A stretch of DNA of 64,000 nt, from the NCBI GenBank assembly GCA_964016885.1, contig OZ024740.1, positions 204,662,001 through 204,726,000 of the forward strand, given 5' to 3'. The translations under genes were made by a program, and so were the position numbers. Below, piece after piece: positions 1 to 15,000 of this stretch. The notes beneath the pieces were generated by a model, which searched no databases, was not told where the DNA came from, and saw nothing but the letters and a program-made list of their open reading frames with translations. Position 1 is the stretch's first letter. Each line of letters opens with the position of its first letter. The stretch comes from Eledone cirrhosa (lineage: Eukaryota).

Positions 1-3000
1 GAAGGTAATAGCAACTTCTCAAAGAAGAACTAAGATCCTTAGAAGGTAATAGCAACTTCTCAAAGAAGAACTAAGATCCTTGGAAGGTAATAGCACCTTC
101 TCAAAGAAGAACTAACATCCTTGGAAGGTAATAGCACCTTCTCAAAGAAGAACTAAGATCCTTGGAAGGTAATAGCAACTTCTCAAAGAAGAACTAAGAT
201 TCTTGGAAGGTAATAGCAACTTCTCAAAGAAGAACTAACATCCTTGGAAGGTAATAGCAACTTCTTTGAGAAGAACTAACATCCTTGGAAGGTAATAGCA
301 CCTTCTCAAAGAAGAACTAACATCCTTGGAAGGTAATAGCACCTTCTCAAAGAAGAACTAACATTCTTGGAAGGTAATAGCAATTTCTCAAAGAACTAAG
401 ATCCTTGGAAGGTAATAGCAATTTCTCAAAGAAGAACTAAGATCCTTGGAAGGTAATAGCAACTTCTCAAAGAAGAACTAACATCCTTGGAAGGTAATAG
501 CAACTTCTCAAAGAAGAACTAACATCCTTGGAAGGTAATAGCACCTTCTCAAGGAAGAACTAACATCCTTGGAAGGTAATAGCACCTTCTCAAAGAAGAA
601 CTAAGATCCTTGGAAGGTAATAGCACCTTCTCAAAGAAGAACTAAGATCCTTGGAAGGTAATAGCACCTTCTCGAAGAAGAACTAAGATCCTTGGAAGGT
701 AATAGCACCTTCTCAAAGAAGAACTAACATCCTTGGAAGGTAATAGCACCTTCTCAAAGAAGAACTAACATCCTTGGAAGGTAATAGCACCTTCTCAAAG
801 AAGAACTAACATCCTTGGAAGGTAATAGCAACTTCTCAAAGAAGAACTAAGATCCTTGGAAGGTAATAGCAACTTCTCAAAGAAGAACTAACATCCTTGG
901 AAGGTAATAGCAACTTCTCAAAGAAGAACTAAGATCCTTGGAAGGTAATAGAACCTTCTCAAAGAAGAACTAAGATCCTTGGAAGGTAATAGCACCTTCT
1001 CGAAGAAGAACTAAGATCCTTGGAAGTTAATAGCACCTTCTCAAAGAAGAACTAACATCCTTGGAAGGTAATAGCACCTTCTCAAAGAAGAACTAACATC
1101 CTTGGAAGGTAATAGCACCTTCTCAAAGAAGAACTAACATCCTTGGAAGGTAATAGCAACTTCTCAAAGAAGAACTAAGATCCTTGGAAGGTAATAGCAA
1201 CTTCTCAAAGAAGAACTAACATCCTTGGAAGGTAATAGCACCTTCTCAAAGAAGAACTAAGATCCTTGGAAGGTAATAGCACCTTCGCAAAGAAGAACTA
1301 AGATCATTGGAAGGTAATAGCAACTTCTCAAAGAAGAACTAACATCATTGGAAGGTAATAGCAACTTCTCAAAGAAGAACTAACATCCTTGGAAGGTAAT
1401 AGCACCTTCTCAAAGAAGAACTACGATCCTTGGAAGGTAATAGCAACTTCTCAAAGAAGAACTAACATCCTTGGAATGTAATAGCACCTTCTCAAAGAAG
1501 AACTAACATCCTTGGAAGGTAATAGCAACTTTTCAAAGAAGAACTAACATCCTTGGAAGGTAATAGCAACTTCTCAAAGAAGAACTAACATCCTTGGAAG
1601 GTAATAGCACCTTCTCAAAGAAGAACTAACATCCTTGGAAGGTAATAGCAACTACTCAAAAAAGAACTAACATCATTGGAAGTTAATAGCACCTTCTCAA
1701 AGAAGAACTAACATCCTTGGAAGGTAATAGCAACTTCTCAAAGAAGAACTAACATCCTTGGAATGTAATAGCACCTTCTCAAAGAAGAACTAACATCCTT
1801 GGAAGGTAATAGCACCTTCTCAAAGAAGAACTAAGATCCTTGGAAGGTAATAGCACCTTCTCAAAGAAGAACTAAGATCCTTGGAAGGTAATAGCAACTT
1901 CTCAAAGAAGAACTAACATCCTTGGAAGGTAATAGCAACTTCTCAAAGAAGAACTAAGATCATTGGAAGGTAATAGCACCTTCTCAAAGAAGAACTAACA
2001 TCCTTGGAAGGTAATAGCACCTTCTCAAAGAAGAACTAAGATCCTTGGAAGGTAATAGCAACTTCTCAAAGAAGAACTAACATCCTTGGAAGGTAATAGC
2101 AACTTCTCAAAGAAGAACTAAGATCCTTGGAAGGTAATAGCACCTTCTCAAAGAAGAACCAACATCCTTGGAAGGTTATAGCACCTTCTCAAAGAAGAAC
2201 TAACATCCTTGGAAGGTAATAGCACCTTCTCAAAGAAGAACTAAGATCCTTGGAAGGTAATAGCAACTTCTCAAAGAAGAACTAACATCCTTGGAAGGTA
2301 ATAGCAACTTCTCAAAGAAGAACTAACATCCTTGGAAGGTAATAGCACCTTCTCAAAGAAGAACTAAGATCCTTGGAAGGTAATAGCACCTTCTCAAAGA
2401 AGAACTAACATCATTGGAAGGTAATAGCAACTTCTCAAAGAAGAACTAACATCATTGGAAGGTAATAGCAACTTCTCAAAGAAGAATAAGATCATTGGAA
2501 GGTAATAGCAACTTCTCAAAGAAGAACTAGCATCCTTGGAAGGTAATAGCACCTTCTCAAAGAAGAACTAAGATCCTTGGAAGGTAATAGCAACTTCTCA
2601 AAGAAGAACTAACATCCTTGGAAGGTAATAGTAACTTCTCAAAGAAGAACTAAGATCCTTGGAAGGTAATAGCACCTTCTCAAAGAAGAACTAAGATCCT
2701 TGGAAGGTAATAGCAACTTCTCAAAGAAGAACTAACATCCTTGGAAGGTAATAGCAACTTCTCAAAGAAGAATAAGATCATTGGAAGGTAATAGCAACTT
2801 CTCAAAGAAGAACTAACATCCTTGGAAGGTAATAGCACATTCTCAAAGAAGAACTAAGATCCTTGGAAGGTAATAGCAACTTCTCAAAGAAGAACTAAGA
2901 TCCTTGGAAGGTAATAGCAACTTCTCAAAGAAGAACTAACATCCTTGGAAGGTAATAGCACCTTCTCAAAGAAGAACTAACATCCTTGGAAGGTAATAGC

Positions 3001-6000
3001 ACCTTCTCAAAGAAGAACTAACATCCTTGGAAGGTAATAGCAACTTCTCAAAGAAGAACTAACATCCTTGGAAGGTAATAGCAACTTCTCAAAGAAGAAC
3101 TAACATCATTGGAAGGTAATAGCAACTTCTCAAAGAAGAACTAAGATCATTGGAAGGTAATAGCACCTTCTCAAAGAAGAACTAAGATCCTTGGAAGGTA
3201 ATAGCAACTTCTCAAAGAAGAACTAAGATCCTTAGAAGGTAATAGCAACTTCTCAAAGAAGAACTAAGATCCTTGGAAGGTAATAGCACCTTCTCAAAGA
3301 AGAACTAACATCCTTGGAAGGTAATAGCACCTTCTCAAAGAAGAACTAAGATCCTTGGAAGGTAATAGCAACTTCTCAAAGAAGAACTAAGATTCTTGGA
3401 AGGTAATAGCAACTTCTCAAAGAAGAACTAACATCCTTGGAAGGTAATAGCAACTTCTTTGAGAAGAACTAACATCCTTGGAAGGTAATAGCACCTTCTC
3501 AAAGAAGAACTAACATCCTTGGAAGGTAATAGCACCTTCTCAAAGAAGAACTAACATTCTTGGAAGGTAATAGCAATTTCTCAAAGAACTAAGATCCTTG
3601 GAAGGTAATAGCAATTTCTCAAAGAAGAACTAAGATCCTTGGAAGGTAATAGCAACTTCTCAAAGAAGAACTAACATCCTTGGAAGGTAATAGCACCTTC
3701 TCGAAGAAGAACTAAGATCCTTGGAAGGTAATAGCACCTTCTCGAAGAAGAACTAAGATCCTTGGAAGGTAATAGCACCTTCTCAAAGAAGAACTAACAT
3801 CCTTGGAAGGTAATAGCACCTTCTCAAAGAAGAACTAACATCCTTGGAAGGTAATAGCACCTTCTCAAAGAAGAACTAACATCCTTGGAAGGTAATAGCA
3901 ACTTCTCAAAGAAGAACTAACATCCTTGGAAGGTAATAGCAACTTCTCAAAGAAGAACTAACATCATTGGAAGGTAATAGCAACTTCTCAAAGAAGAACT
4001 AAGATCATTGGAAGGTAATAGCACCTTCTCAAAGAAGAACTAAGATCCTTGGAAGGTAATAGCAACTTCTCAAAGAAGAACTAAGATCCTTAGAAGGTAA
4101 TAGCAACTTCTCAAAGAAGAACTAAGATCCTTGGAAGGTAATAGCACCTTCTCAAAGAAGAACTAACATCCTTGGAAGGTAATAGCACCTTCTCAAAGAA
4201 GAACTAAGATCCTTGGAAGGTAATAGCAACTTCTCAAAGAAGAACTAAGATTCTTGGAAGGTAATAGCAACTTCTCAAAGAAGAACTAACATCCTTGGAA
4301 GGTAATAGCAACTTCTTTGAGAAGAACTAACATCCTTGGAAGGTAATAGCACCTTCTCAAAGAAGAACTAACATCCTTGGAAGGTAATAGCACCTTCTCA
4401 AAGAAGAACTAACATTCTTGGAAGGTAATAGCAATTTCTCAAAGAACTAAGATCCTTGGAAGGTAATAGCAATTTCTCAAAGAAGAACTAAGATCCTTGG
4501 AAGGTAATAGCAACTTCTCAAAGAAGAACTAACATCCTTGGAAGGTAATAGCAACTTCTCAAAGAAGAACTAACATCCTTGGAAGGTAATAGCACCTTCT
4601 CAAGGAAGAACTAACATCCTTGGAAGGTAATAGCACCTTCTCAAAGAAGAACTAAGATCCTTGGAAGGTAATAGCACCTTCTCAAAGAAGAACTAAGATC
4701 CTTGGAAGGTAATAGCACCTTCTCGAAGAAGAACTAAGATCCTTGGAAGGTAATAGCACCTTCTCAAAGAAGAACTAACATCCTTGGAAGGTAATAGCAC
4801 CTTCTCAAAGAAGAACTAACATCCTTGGAAGGTAATAGCACCTTCTCAAAGAAGAACTAACATCCTTGGAAGGTAATAGCAACTTCTCAAAGAAGAACTA
4901 AGATCCTTGGAAGGTAATAGCAACTTCTCAAAGAAGAACTAACATCCTTGGAAGGTAATAGCAACTTCTCAAAGAAGAACTAAGATCCTTGGAAGGTAAT
5001 AGAACCTTCTCAAAGAAGAACTAAGATCCTTGGAAGGTAATAGCACCTTCTCGAAGAAGAACTAAGATCCTTGGAAGTTAATAGCACCTTCTCAAAGAAG
5101 AACTAACATCCTTGGAAGGTAATAGCACCTTCTCAAAGAAGAACTAACATCCTTGGAAGGTAATAGCACCTTCTCAAAGAAGAACTAACATCCTTGGAAG
5201 GTAATAGCAACTTCTCAAAGAAGAACTAAGATCCTTGGAAGGTAATAGCAACTTCTCAAAGAAGAACTAACATCCTTGGAAGGTAATAGCACCTTCTCAA
5301 AGAAGAACTAAGATCCTTGGAAGGTAATAGCACCTTCGCAAAGAAGAACTAAGATCATTGGAAGGTAATAGCAACTTCTCAAAGAAGAACTAACATCATT
5401 GGAAGGTAATAGCAACTTCTCAAAGAAGAACTAACATCCTTGGAAGGTAATAGCACCTTCTCAAAGAAGAACTACGATCCTTGGAAGGTAATAGCAACTT
5501 CTCAAAGAAGAACTAACATCCTTGGAATGTAATAGCACCTTCTCAAAGAAGAACTAACATCCTTGGAAGGTAATAGCAACTTTTCAAAGAAGAACTAACA
5601 TCCTTGGAAGGTAATAGCAACTTCTCAAAGAAGAACTAACATCCTTGGAAGGTAATAGCACCTTCTCAAAGAAGAACTAACATCCTTGGAAGGTAATAGC
5701 AACTACTCAAAAAAGAACTAACATCATTGGAAGTTAATAGCACCTTCTCAAAGAAGAACTAACATCCTTGGAAGGTAATAGCAACTTCTCAAAGAAGAAC
5801 TAACATCCTTGGAATGTAATAGCACCTTCTCAAAGAAGAACTAACATCCTTGGAAGGTAATAGCACCTTCTCAAAGAAGAACTAAGATCCTTGGAAGGTA
5901 ATAGCACCTTCTCAAAGAAGAACTAAGATCCTTGGAAGGTAATAGCAACTTCTCAAAGAAGAACTAACATCCTTGGAAGGTAATAGCAACTTCTCAAAGA

Positions 6001-9000
6001 AGAACTAAGATCATTGGAAGGTAATAGCACCTTCTCAAAGAAGAACTAACATCCTTGGAAGGTAATAGCACCTTCTCAAAGAAGAACTAAGATCCTTGGA
6101 AGGTAATAGCAACTTCTCAAAGAAGAACTAACATCCTTGGAAGGTAATAGCAACTTCTCAAAGAAGAACTAAGATCCTTGGAAGGTAATAGCACCTTCTC
6201 AAAGAAGAACCAACATCCTTGGAAGGTTATAGCACCTTCTCAAAGAAGAACTAACATCCTTGGAAGGTAATAGCACCTTCTCAAAGAAGAACTAAGATCC
6301 TTGGAAGGTAATAGCAACTTCTCAAAGAAGAACTAACATCCTTGGAAGGTAATAGCAACTTCTCAAAGAAGAACTAACATCCTTGGAAGGTAATAGCACC
6401 TTCTCAAAGAAGAACTAAGATCCTTGGAAGGTAATAGCACCTTCTCAAAGAAGAACTAACATCATTGGAAGGTAATAGCAACTTCTCAAAGAAGAACTAA
6501 CATCATTGGAAGGTAATAGCAACTTCTCAAAGAAGAATAAGATCATTGGAAGGTAATAGCAACTTCTCAAAGAAGAACTAGCATCCTTGGAAGGTAATAG
6601 CACCTTCTCAAAGAAGAACTAAGATCCTTGGAAGGTAATAGCAACTTCTCAAAGAAGAACTAACATCCTTGGAAGGTAATAGTAACTTCTCAAAGAAGAA
6701 CTAAGATCCTTGGAAGGTAATAGCACCTTCTCAAAGAAGAACTAAGATCCTTGGAAGGTAATAGCAACTTCTCAAAGAAGAACTAACATCCTTGGAAGGT
6801 AATAGCAACTTCTCAAAGAAGAATAAGATCATTGGAAGGTAATAGCAACTTCTCAAAGAAGAACTAACATCCTTGGAAGGTAATAGCACATTCTCAAAGA
6901 AGAACTAAGATCCTTGGAAGGTAATAGCAACTTCTCAAAGAAGAACTAAGATCCTTGGAAGGTAATAGCAACTTCTCAAAGAAGAACTAACATCCTTGGA
7001 AGGTAATAGCACCTTCTCAAAGAAGAACTAACATCCTTGGAAGGTAATAGCACCTTCTCAAAGAAGAACTAACATCCTTGGAAGGTAATAGCAACTTCTC
7101 AAAGAAGAACTAACATCCTTGGAAGGTAATAGCAACTTCTCAAAGAAGAACTAACATCATTGGAAGGTAATAGCAACTTCTCAAAGAAGAACTAAGATCA
7201 TTGGAAGGTAATAGCACCTTCTCAAAGAAGAACTAAGATCCTTGGAAGGTAATAGCAACTTCTCAAAGAAGAACTAAGATCCTTGGAAGGTAATAGCACC
7301 TTCTCAAAGAAGAACTAACATCCTTGGAAGGTAATAGCACCTTCTCAAAGAAGAACTAAGATCCTTGGAAGGTAATAGCAACTTCTCAAAGAAGAACTAA
7401 GATTCTTGGAAGGTAATAGCAACTTCTCAAAGAAGAACTAACATCCTTGGAAGGTAATAGCAACTTCTTTGAGAAGAACTAACATCCTTGGAAGGTAATA
7501 GCACCTTCTCAAAGAAGAACTAACATCCTTGGAAGGTAATAGCACCTTCTCAAAGAAGAACTAACATTCTTGGAAGGTAATAGCAATTTCTCAAAGAACT
7601 AAGATCCTTGGAAGGTAATAGCAATTTCTCAAAGAAGAACTAAGATCCTTGGAAGGTAATAGCAACTTCTCAAAGAAGAACTAACATCCTTGGAAGGTAA
7701 TAGCAACTTCTCAAAGAAGAACTAACATCCTTGGAAGGTAATAGCACCTTCTCAAGGAAGAACTAACATCCTTGGAAGGTAATAGCACCTTCTCAAAGAA
7801 GAACTAAGATCCTTGGAAGGTAATAGCACCTTCTCAAAGAAGAACTAAGATCCTTGGAAGGTAATAGCACCTTCTCGAAGAAGAACTAAGATCCTTGGAA
7901 GGTAATAGCACCTTCTCAAAGAAGAACTAACATCCTTGGAAGGTAATAGCACCTTCTCAAAGAAGAACTAACATCCTTGGAAGGTAATAGCACCTTCTCA
8001 AAGAAGAACTAACATCCTTGGAAGGTAATAGCAACTTCTCAAAGAAGAACTAAGATCCTTGGAAGGTAATAGCAACTTCTCAAAGAAGAACTAACATCCT
8101 TGGAAGGTAATAGCAACTTCTCAAAGAAGAACTAAGATCCTTGGAAGGTAATAGAACCTTCTCAAAGAAGAACTAAGATCCTTGGAAGGTAATAGCACCT
8201 TCTCGAAGAAGAACTAAGATCCTTGGAAGTTAATAGCACCTTCTCAAAGAAGAACTAACATCCTTGGAAGGTAATAGCACCTTCTCAAAGAAGAACTAAC
8301 ATCCTTGGAAGGTAATAGCACCTTCTCAAAGAAGAACTAACATCCTTGGAAGGTAATAGCAACTTCTCAAAGAAGAACTAAGATCCTTGGAAGGTAATAG
8401 CAACTTCTCAAAGAAGAACTAACATCCTTGGAAGGTAATAGCACCTTCTCAAAGAAGAACTAAGATCCTTGGAAGGTAATAGCACCTTCGCAAAGAAGAA
8501 CTAAGATCATTGGAAGGTAATAGCAACTTCTCAAAGAAGAACTAACATCATTGGAAGGTAATAGCAACTTCTCAAAGAAGAACTAACATCCTTGGAAGGT
8601 AATAGCACCTTCTCAAAGAAGAACTACGATCCTTGGAAGGTAATAGCAACTTCTCAAAGAAGAACTAACATCCTTGGAATGTAATAGCACCTTCTCAAAG
8701 AAGAACTAACATCCTTGGAAGGTAATAGCAACTTTTCAAAGAAGAACTAACATCCTTGGAAGGTAATAGCAACTTCTCAAAGAAGAACTAACATCCTTGG
8801 AAGGTAATAGCACCTTCTCAAAGAAGAACTAACATCCTTGGAAGGTAATAGCAACTACTCAAAAAAGAACTAACATCATTGGAAGTTAATAGCACCTTCT
8901 CAAAGAAGAACTAACATCCTTGGAAGGTAATAGCAACTTCTCAAAGAAGAACTAACATCCTTGGAATGTAATAGCACCTTCTCAAAGAAGAACTAACATC

Positions 9001-12000
9001 CTTGGAAGGTAATAGCACCTTCTCAAAGAAGAACTAAGATCCTTGGAAGGTAATAGCACCTTCTCAAAGAAGAACTAAGATCCTTGGAAGGTAATAGCAA
9101 CTTCTCAAAGAAGAACTAACATCCTTGGAAGGTAATAGCAACTTCTCAAAGAAGAACTAAGATCATTGGAAGGTAATAGCACCTTCTCAAAGAAGAACTA
9201 ACATCCTTGGAAGGTAATAGCACCTTCTCAAAGAAGAACTAAGATCCTTGGAAGGTAATAGCAACTTCTCAAAGAAGAACTAACATCCTTGGAAGGTAAT
9301 AGCAACTTCTCAAAGAAGAACTAAGATCCTTGGAAGGTAATAGCACCTTCTCAAAGAAGAACCAACATCCTTGGAAGGTTATAGCACCTTCTCAAAGAAG
9401 AACTAACATCCTTGGAAGGTAATAGCACCTTCTCAAAGAAGAACTAAGATCCTTGGAAGGTAATAGCAACTTCTCAAAGAAGAACTAACATCCTTGGAAG
9501 GTAATAGCAACTTCTCAAAGAAGAACTAACATCCTTGGAAGGTAATAGCACCTTCTCAAAGAAGAACTAAGATCCTTGGAAGGTAATAGCACCTTCTCAA
9601 AGAAGAACTAACATCATTGGAAGGTAATAGCAACTTCTCAAAGAAGAATAAGATCATTGGAAGGTAATAGCAACTTCTCAAAGAAGAACTAGCATCCTTG
9701 GAAGGTAATAGCACCTTCTCAAAGAAGAACTAAGATCCTTGGAAGGTAATAGCAACTTCTCAAAGAAGAACTAACATCCTTGGAAGGTAATAGTAACTTC
9801 TCAAAGAAGAACTAAGATCCTTGGAAGGTAATAGCACCTTCTCAAAGAAGAACTAAGATCCTTGGAAGGTAATAGCAACTTCTCAAAGAAGAACTAACAT
9901 CCTTGGAAGGTAATAGCAACTTCTCAAAGAAGAATAAGATCATTGGAAGGTAATAGCAACTTCTCAAAGAAGAACTAACATCCTTGGAAGGTAATAGCAC
10001 ATTCTCAAAGAAGAACTAAGATCCTTGGAAGGTAATAGCAACTTCTCAAAGAAGAACTAAGATCCTTGGAAGGTAATAGCAACTTCTCAAAGAAGAACTA
10101 ACATCCTTGGAAGGTAATAGCACCTTCTCAAAGAAGAACTAAGATCATTGGAAGGTAATAGCAACTACTCAAAAAAGAACTAACATCCTTGGAAGGTAAT
10201 AGCACCTTCTCAAAGAAGAACTAACATCCTTGGAAGGTAATAGCACCTTCTCAAAGAAGAACTAACATCCTTGGAAGGTAATAGCACCTTCTCAAAGAAG
10301 AACTAACATCCTTGGAAGGTAAAAGCCCCTTCTCAAAGAAGAACTAACATCCTTGGAAGGTAATAGCAACTTCTCAAAGAAGAACTAAGATCCTTGGAAG
10401 GTAATAGCAACTTCTCAAAGAAGAACTAAGATCATTGGAAGGTAATAGCAACTTCTCAAAGAAGAACCAACATCATTGGAAGGTAATAGCACCTTCTCAA
10501 AGAAGAACTAACATCCTTGGAATGTAATAGCACCTTCTCAAAGAAGAACTAAGATCATTGGAAGGTAATAGCAACTTCTCAAAGAAGAACTAACATCATT
10601 GGAAGTTAATAGCACCTTCTCAAAGAAGAACTAACATCCTTGGAAGGTAATAGCAACTTCTCAAAGAAGAACTAAGATCATTGGAAGGTAATAGCACCTT
10701 CTCAAAGAAGAACTAACATCCTTGGAAGGTAATAGCACCTTCTCAAAGAAGAACTAAGATCCTTGGAAGGTAATAGCAACTTCTCAAAGAAGAACTAACA
10801 TCCTTGGAAGGTAATAGCAACTTCTCAAAGAAGAACTAAGATCCTTGGAAGGTAATAGCACCTTCTCAAAGAAGAACCAACATCCTTGGAAGGTTATAGC
10901 ACCTTCTCAAAGAAGAACTAACATCCTTGGAAGGTAATAGCACCTTCTCAAAGAAGAACTAAGATCCTTGGAAGGTAATAGCAACTTCTCAAAGAAGAAC
11001 TAACATCCTTGGAAGGTAATAGCAACTTCTCAAAGAAGAACTAACATCCTTGGAAGGTAATAGCACCTTCTCAAAGAAGAACTAAGATCCTTGGAAGGTA
11101 ATAGCACCTTCTCAAAGAAGAACTAACATCATTGGAAGGTAATAGCAACTTCTCAAAGAAGAATAAGATCATTGGAAGGTAATAGCAACTTCTCAAAGAA
11201 GAACTAGCATCCTTGGAAGGTAATAGCACCTTCTCAAAGAAGAACTAAGATCCTTGGAAGGTAATAGCAACTTCTCAAAGAAGAACTAACATCCTTGGAA
11301 GGTAATAGTAACTTCTCAAAGAAGAACTAAGATCCTTGGAAGGTAATAGCACCTTCTCAAAGAAGAACTAAGATCCTTGGAAGGTAATAGCAACTTCTCA
11401 AAGAAGAACTAACATCCTTGGAAGGTAATAGCAACTTCTCAAAGAAGAATAAGATCATTGGAAGGTAATAGCAACTTCTCAAAGAAGAACTAACATCCTT
11501 GGAAGGTAATAGCACATTCTCAAAGAAGAACTAAGATCCTTGGAAGGTAATAGCAACTTCTCAAAGAAGAACTAAGATCCTTGGAAGGTAATAGCAACTT
11601 CTCAAAGAAGAACTAACATCCTTGGAAGGTAATAGCACCTTCTCAAAGAAGAACTAAGATCATTGGAAGGTAATAGCAACTACTCAAAAAAGAACTAACA
11701 TCCTTGGAAGGTAATAGCACCTTCTCAAAGAAGAACTAACATCCTTGGAAGGTAATAGCACCTTCTCAAAGAAGAACTAACATCCTTGGAAGGTAATAGC
11801 ACCTTCTCAAAGAAGAACTAACATCCTTGGAAGGTAAAAGCCCCTTCTCAAAGAAGAACTAACATCCTTGGAAGGTAATAGCAACTTCTCAAAGAAGAAC
11901 TAAGATCCTTGGAAGGTAATAGCAACTTCTCAAAGAAGAACTAAGATCATTGGAAGGTAATAGCAACTTCTCAAAGAAGAACCAACATCATTGGAAGGTA

Positions 12001-15000
12001 ATAGCACCTTCTCAAAGAAGAACTAACATCCTTGGAATGTAATAGCACCTTCTCAAAGAAGAACTAAGATCATTGGAAGGTAATAGCAACTTCTCAAAGA
12101 AGAACTAACATCATTGGAAGTTAATAGCACCTTCTCAAAGAAGAACTAACATCCTTGGAAGGTAATAGCAACTTCTCAAAGAAGAACTAACATCCTTGGA
12201 AGGTAATAGCAACTTCTCAAAGAAGAACTAACATCATTGGAAGGTAATAGCAACTTCTCAAAGAAGAACTAAGATCATTGGAAGGTAATAGCACCTTCTC
12301 AAAGAAGAACTAACATCCTTGGAAGGTAATAGCACCTTCTCAAAGAAGAACTAACATCATTGGAAGGTAATAGCAACTTCTCAAAGAAGAATAAGATCAT
12401 TGGAAGGTAATAGCACCTTCTCAAAGAAGAACTAACATCCTTGGAAGGTAATAGCACCTTCTCAAAGAAGAACTAACATCTTTGGAAGGTAATAGCACCT
12501 TCTCAAAGAAGAACTAAGATCCTTGGAAGGTAATAGCAACTTCTCAAAGAAGAACTAACATCCTTGGAAGGTAATAGCAACTTCTCAAAGAAGAACTAAG
12601 ATCCTTGGAAGGTAATAGCACCTTCTCAAAGAAGAAGTAACATCATTGGAGGGTAATAGCAACTTCTCAAAGAAGAATTAGATCATTGGAAGGTAATAGC
12701 ACCTTCTCAAAGAAGAACTAAGATCCTTGGAAGGTAATAGCACCTTCTCAAAGAAGAACTAACATCCTTGGAAGGTAATAGCACCTTCTCAAAGAAGAAC
12801 TAACATCCTTGGAAGGTAATAGCAACTTCTCAAAGAAGAACTAAGATCCTTGGAAGGTAATAGCACCTTCTCAAAGAAGAACTAACATCCTTGGAAGGTA
12901 ATAGCAACTTCTCAAAGAAGAACTAAGATCATTGGAAGGTAATAGCAACTTCTCAAAGAAGAACCAACATCATTGGAAGGTAATAGCACCTTCTCAAAGA
13001 AGAACTAACATCCTTGGAATGTAATAGCACCTTCTCAAAGAAGAACTAAGATCATTGGAAGGTAATAGCAACTTCTCAAAGAAGAACTAACATCATTGGA
13101 AGTTAATAGCACCTTCTCAAAGAAGAACTAACATCCTTGGAAGGTAATAGCAACTTCTCAAAGAAGAACTAACATCCTTGGAAGGTAATAGCACCTTCTC
13201 AAAGAAGAACTAAGATCCTTGGAAGGTAATAGCACCTTCTCAAAGAAGAACTAAGATCCTTGGAAGGTAATAGCACCTTCTCAAAGAAGAACTAAGATCC
13301 TTGGAAGGTAATAGCAACTTCTCAAAGAAGAACTAACATCCTTGGAAGGTAATAGCAACTTCTCAAAGAAGAACTAACATCCTTGGAAGGTAATAGCACC
13401 TTCTCAAAGAAGAACTAACATCCTTGGAAGGTAATAGCACCTTCTCAAAGAAGAACTAACATCCTTGGAAGGTAATAGCAACTTCTCAAAGAAGAACTAA
13501 CATCCTTGGAAGGTAATAGCAACTTCTCAAAGAAGAACTAAGATCCTTGGAAGGTAATAGCAACTTCTCAAAGAAGAACTAACATCCTTGGAAGGTAATA
13601 GCACCTTCTCAAAGAAGAACTAACATCCTTGGAAGGTAATAGCACCTTCTCAAAGAAGAACTAACATCCTTGGAAGGTAATAGCACCTTCTCAAAGAAGA
13701 ACTAAGATCATTGGAAGGTAATAGCAACTTCTCAAAGAAGAACTAAGATCATTGGAAGGTAATAGCAACTTCTCAAAGAAGAACTAACATCATTGGAAGG
13801 TAGTAGCAACTTCTCAAAGAAGAACTAACATCCTTGGAAGGTAATAGCACCTTCTCAAAGAAGAACTAAGATCCTTGGAAGGTAATAGCACCTTCTCAAA
13901 GAAGAACTAACATCGTTGGAAGGTAATAGCAACTTCTCAAAGAAGAACTAAGATCCTTGGAAGGTAATAGCACCTTCTCAAAGAAGAACTAACATCCTTG
14001 GAAGGTAATAGCAACTTCTCAAAGAAGAACTAACATCCTTGGAAGGTAATAGCAACTTCTCAAAGAAGAACTAAGATTCTTGGAAGGTAATAGCAACTTC
14101 TCAAAGAAGAACTAACATCCTTGGAAGGTAATAGCAACTTCTCAAAGAAGAACTAACATCCTTCGAAGGTAATAGCAACTTCTCAAAGAAGAATTAAGAT
14201 CATTGGAAGGTAATAGCAACTTCTCAAAGAAGAACTAAGATCATTGGAAGGTAATAGCAACTTCTCAAAGAAGAACTAACATCCTTCGAAGGTAATAGCA
14301 ACTTCTCAAAGAAGAACTAAGATCCTTGGAAGGTAATAGCACCTTCTCAAAGAAGAACTAACATCCTTGGAAGGTAATAGCAACTTCTCAAAGAAGAACT
14401 AAGATCCTTGGAAGGTAATAGCAACTTCTCAAAGAAGAACTAACATCATTGGAAGGTAATAGCAACTTATCAAAGAAGAACTAAGATCATTGGAAGGTAA
14501 TAGCACCTTCTCAAAGAAGAACTAACATCCTTGGAAGGTAATAGCATCTTCTCAAAGAAGAACTAACATCCTTGGAAGGTAATAGCAACTTCTCAAAGAA
14601 GAATAAGATCATTGGAAGGTAATAGCAACTTCTCAAAGAAGAACTAACATCCTTGGAAGGTAATAGCACCTTCTCAAAGAAGAACTAAGATCCTTGGAAT
14701 GTAATAGCACCTTCTCAAAGAAGAACTAACATCCTTTGAAGGTAATAGCAACTTCTCAAAGAAGAACTAAGATCCTTGGAAGGTAATAGCACCTTCTCAA
14801 AGAAGAACTAAGATCATTGGAAGGTAATAGCACCTTCTCAAAGAAGAACTAAGATCCTTGGAAGGTAATAGCACCTTCTCGAAGAAGAACTAACATTCTT
14901 GGAAGGTTATAGCAACTTCTCAAAGAAGAACTATGATCCTTGGAAGGTAATAGCAACTTCTCAAAAAAGAACTAACATCCTTGGAAGGTAATAGCACCTT

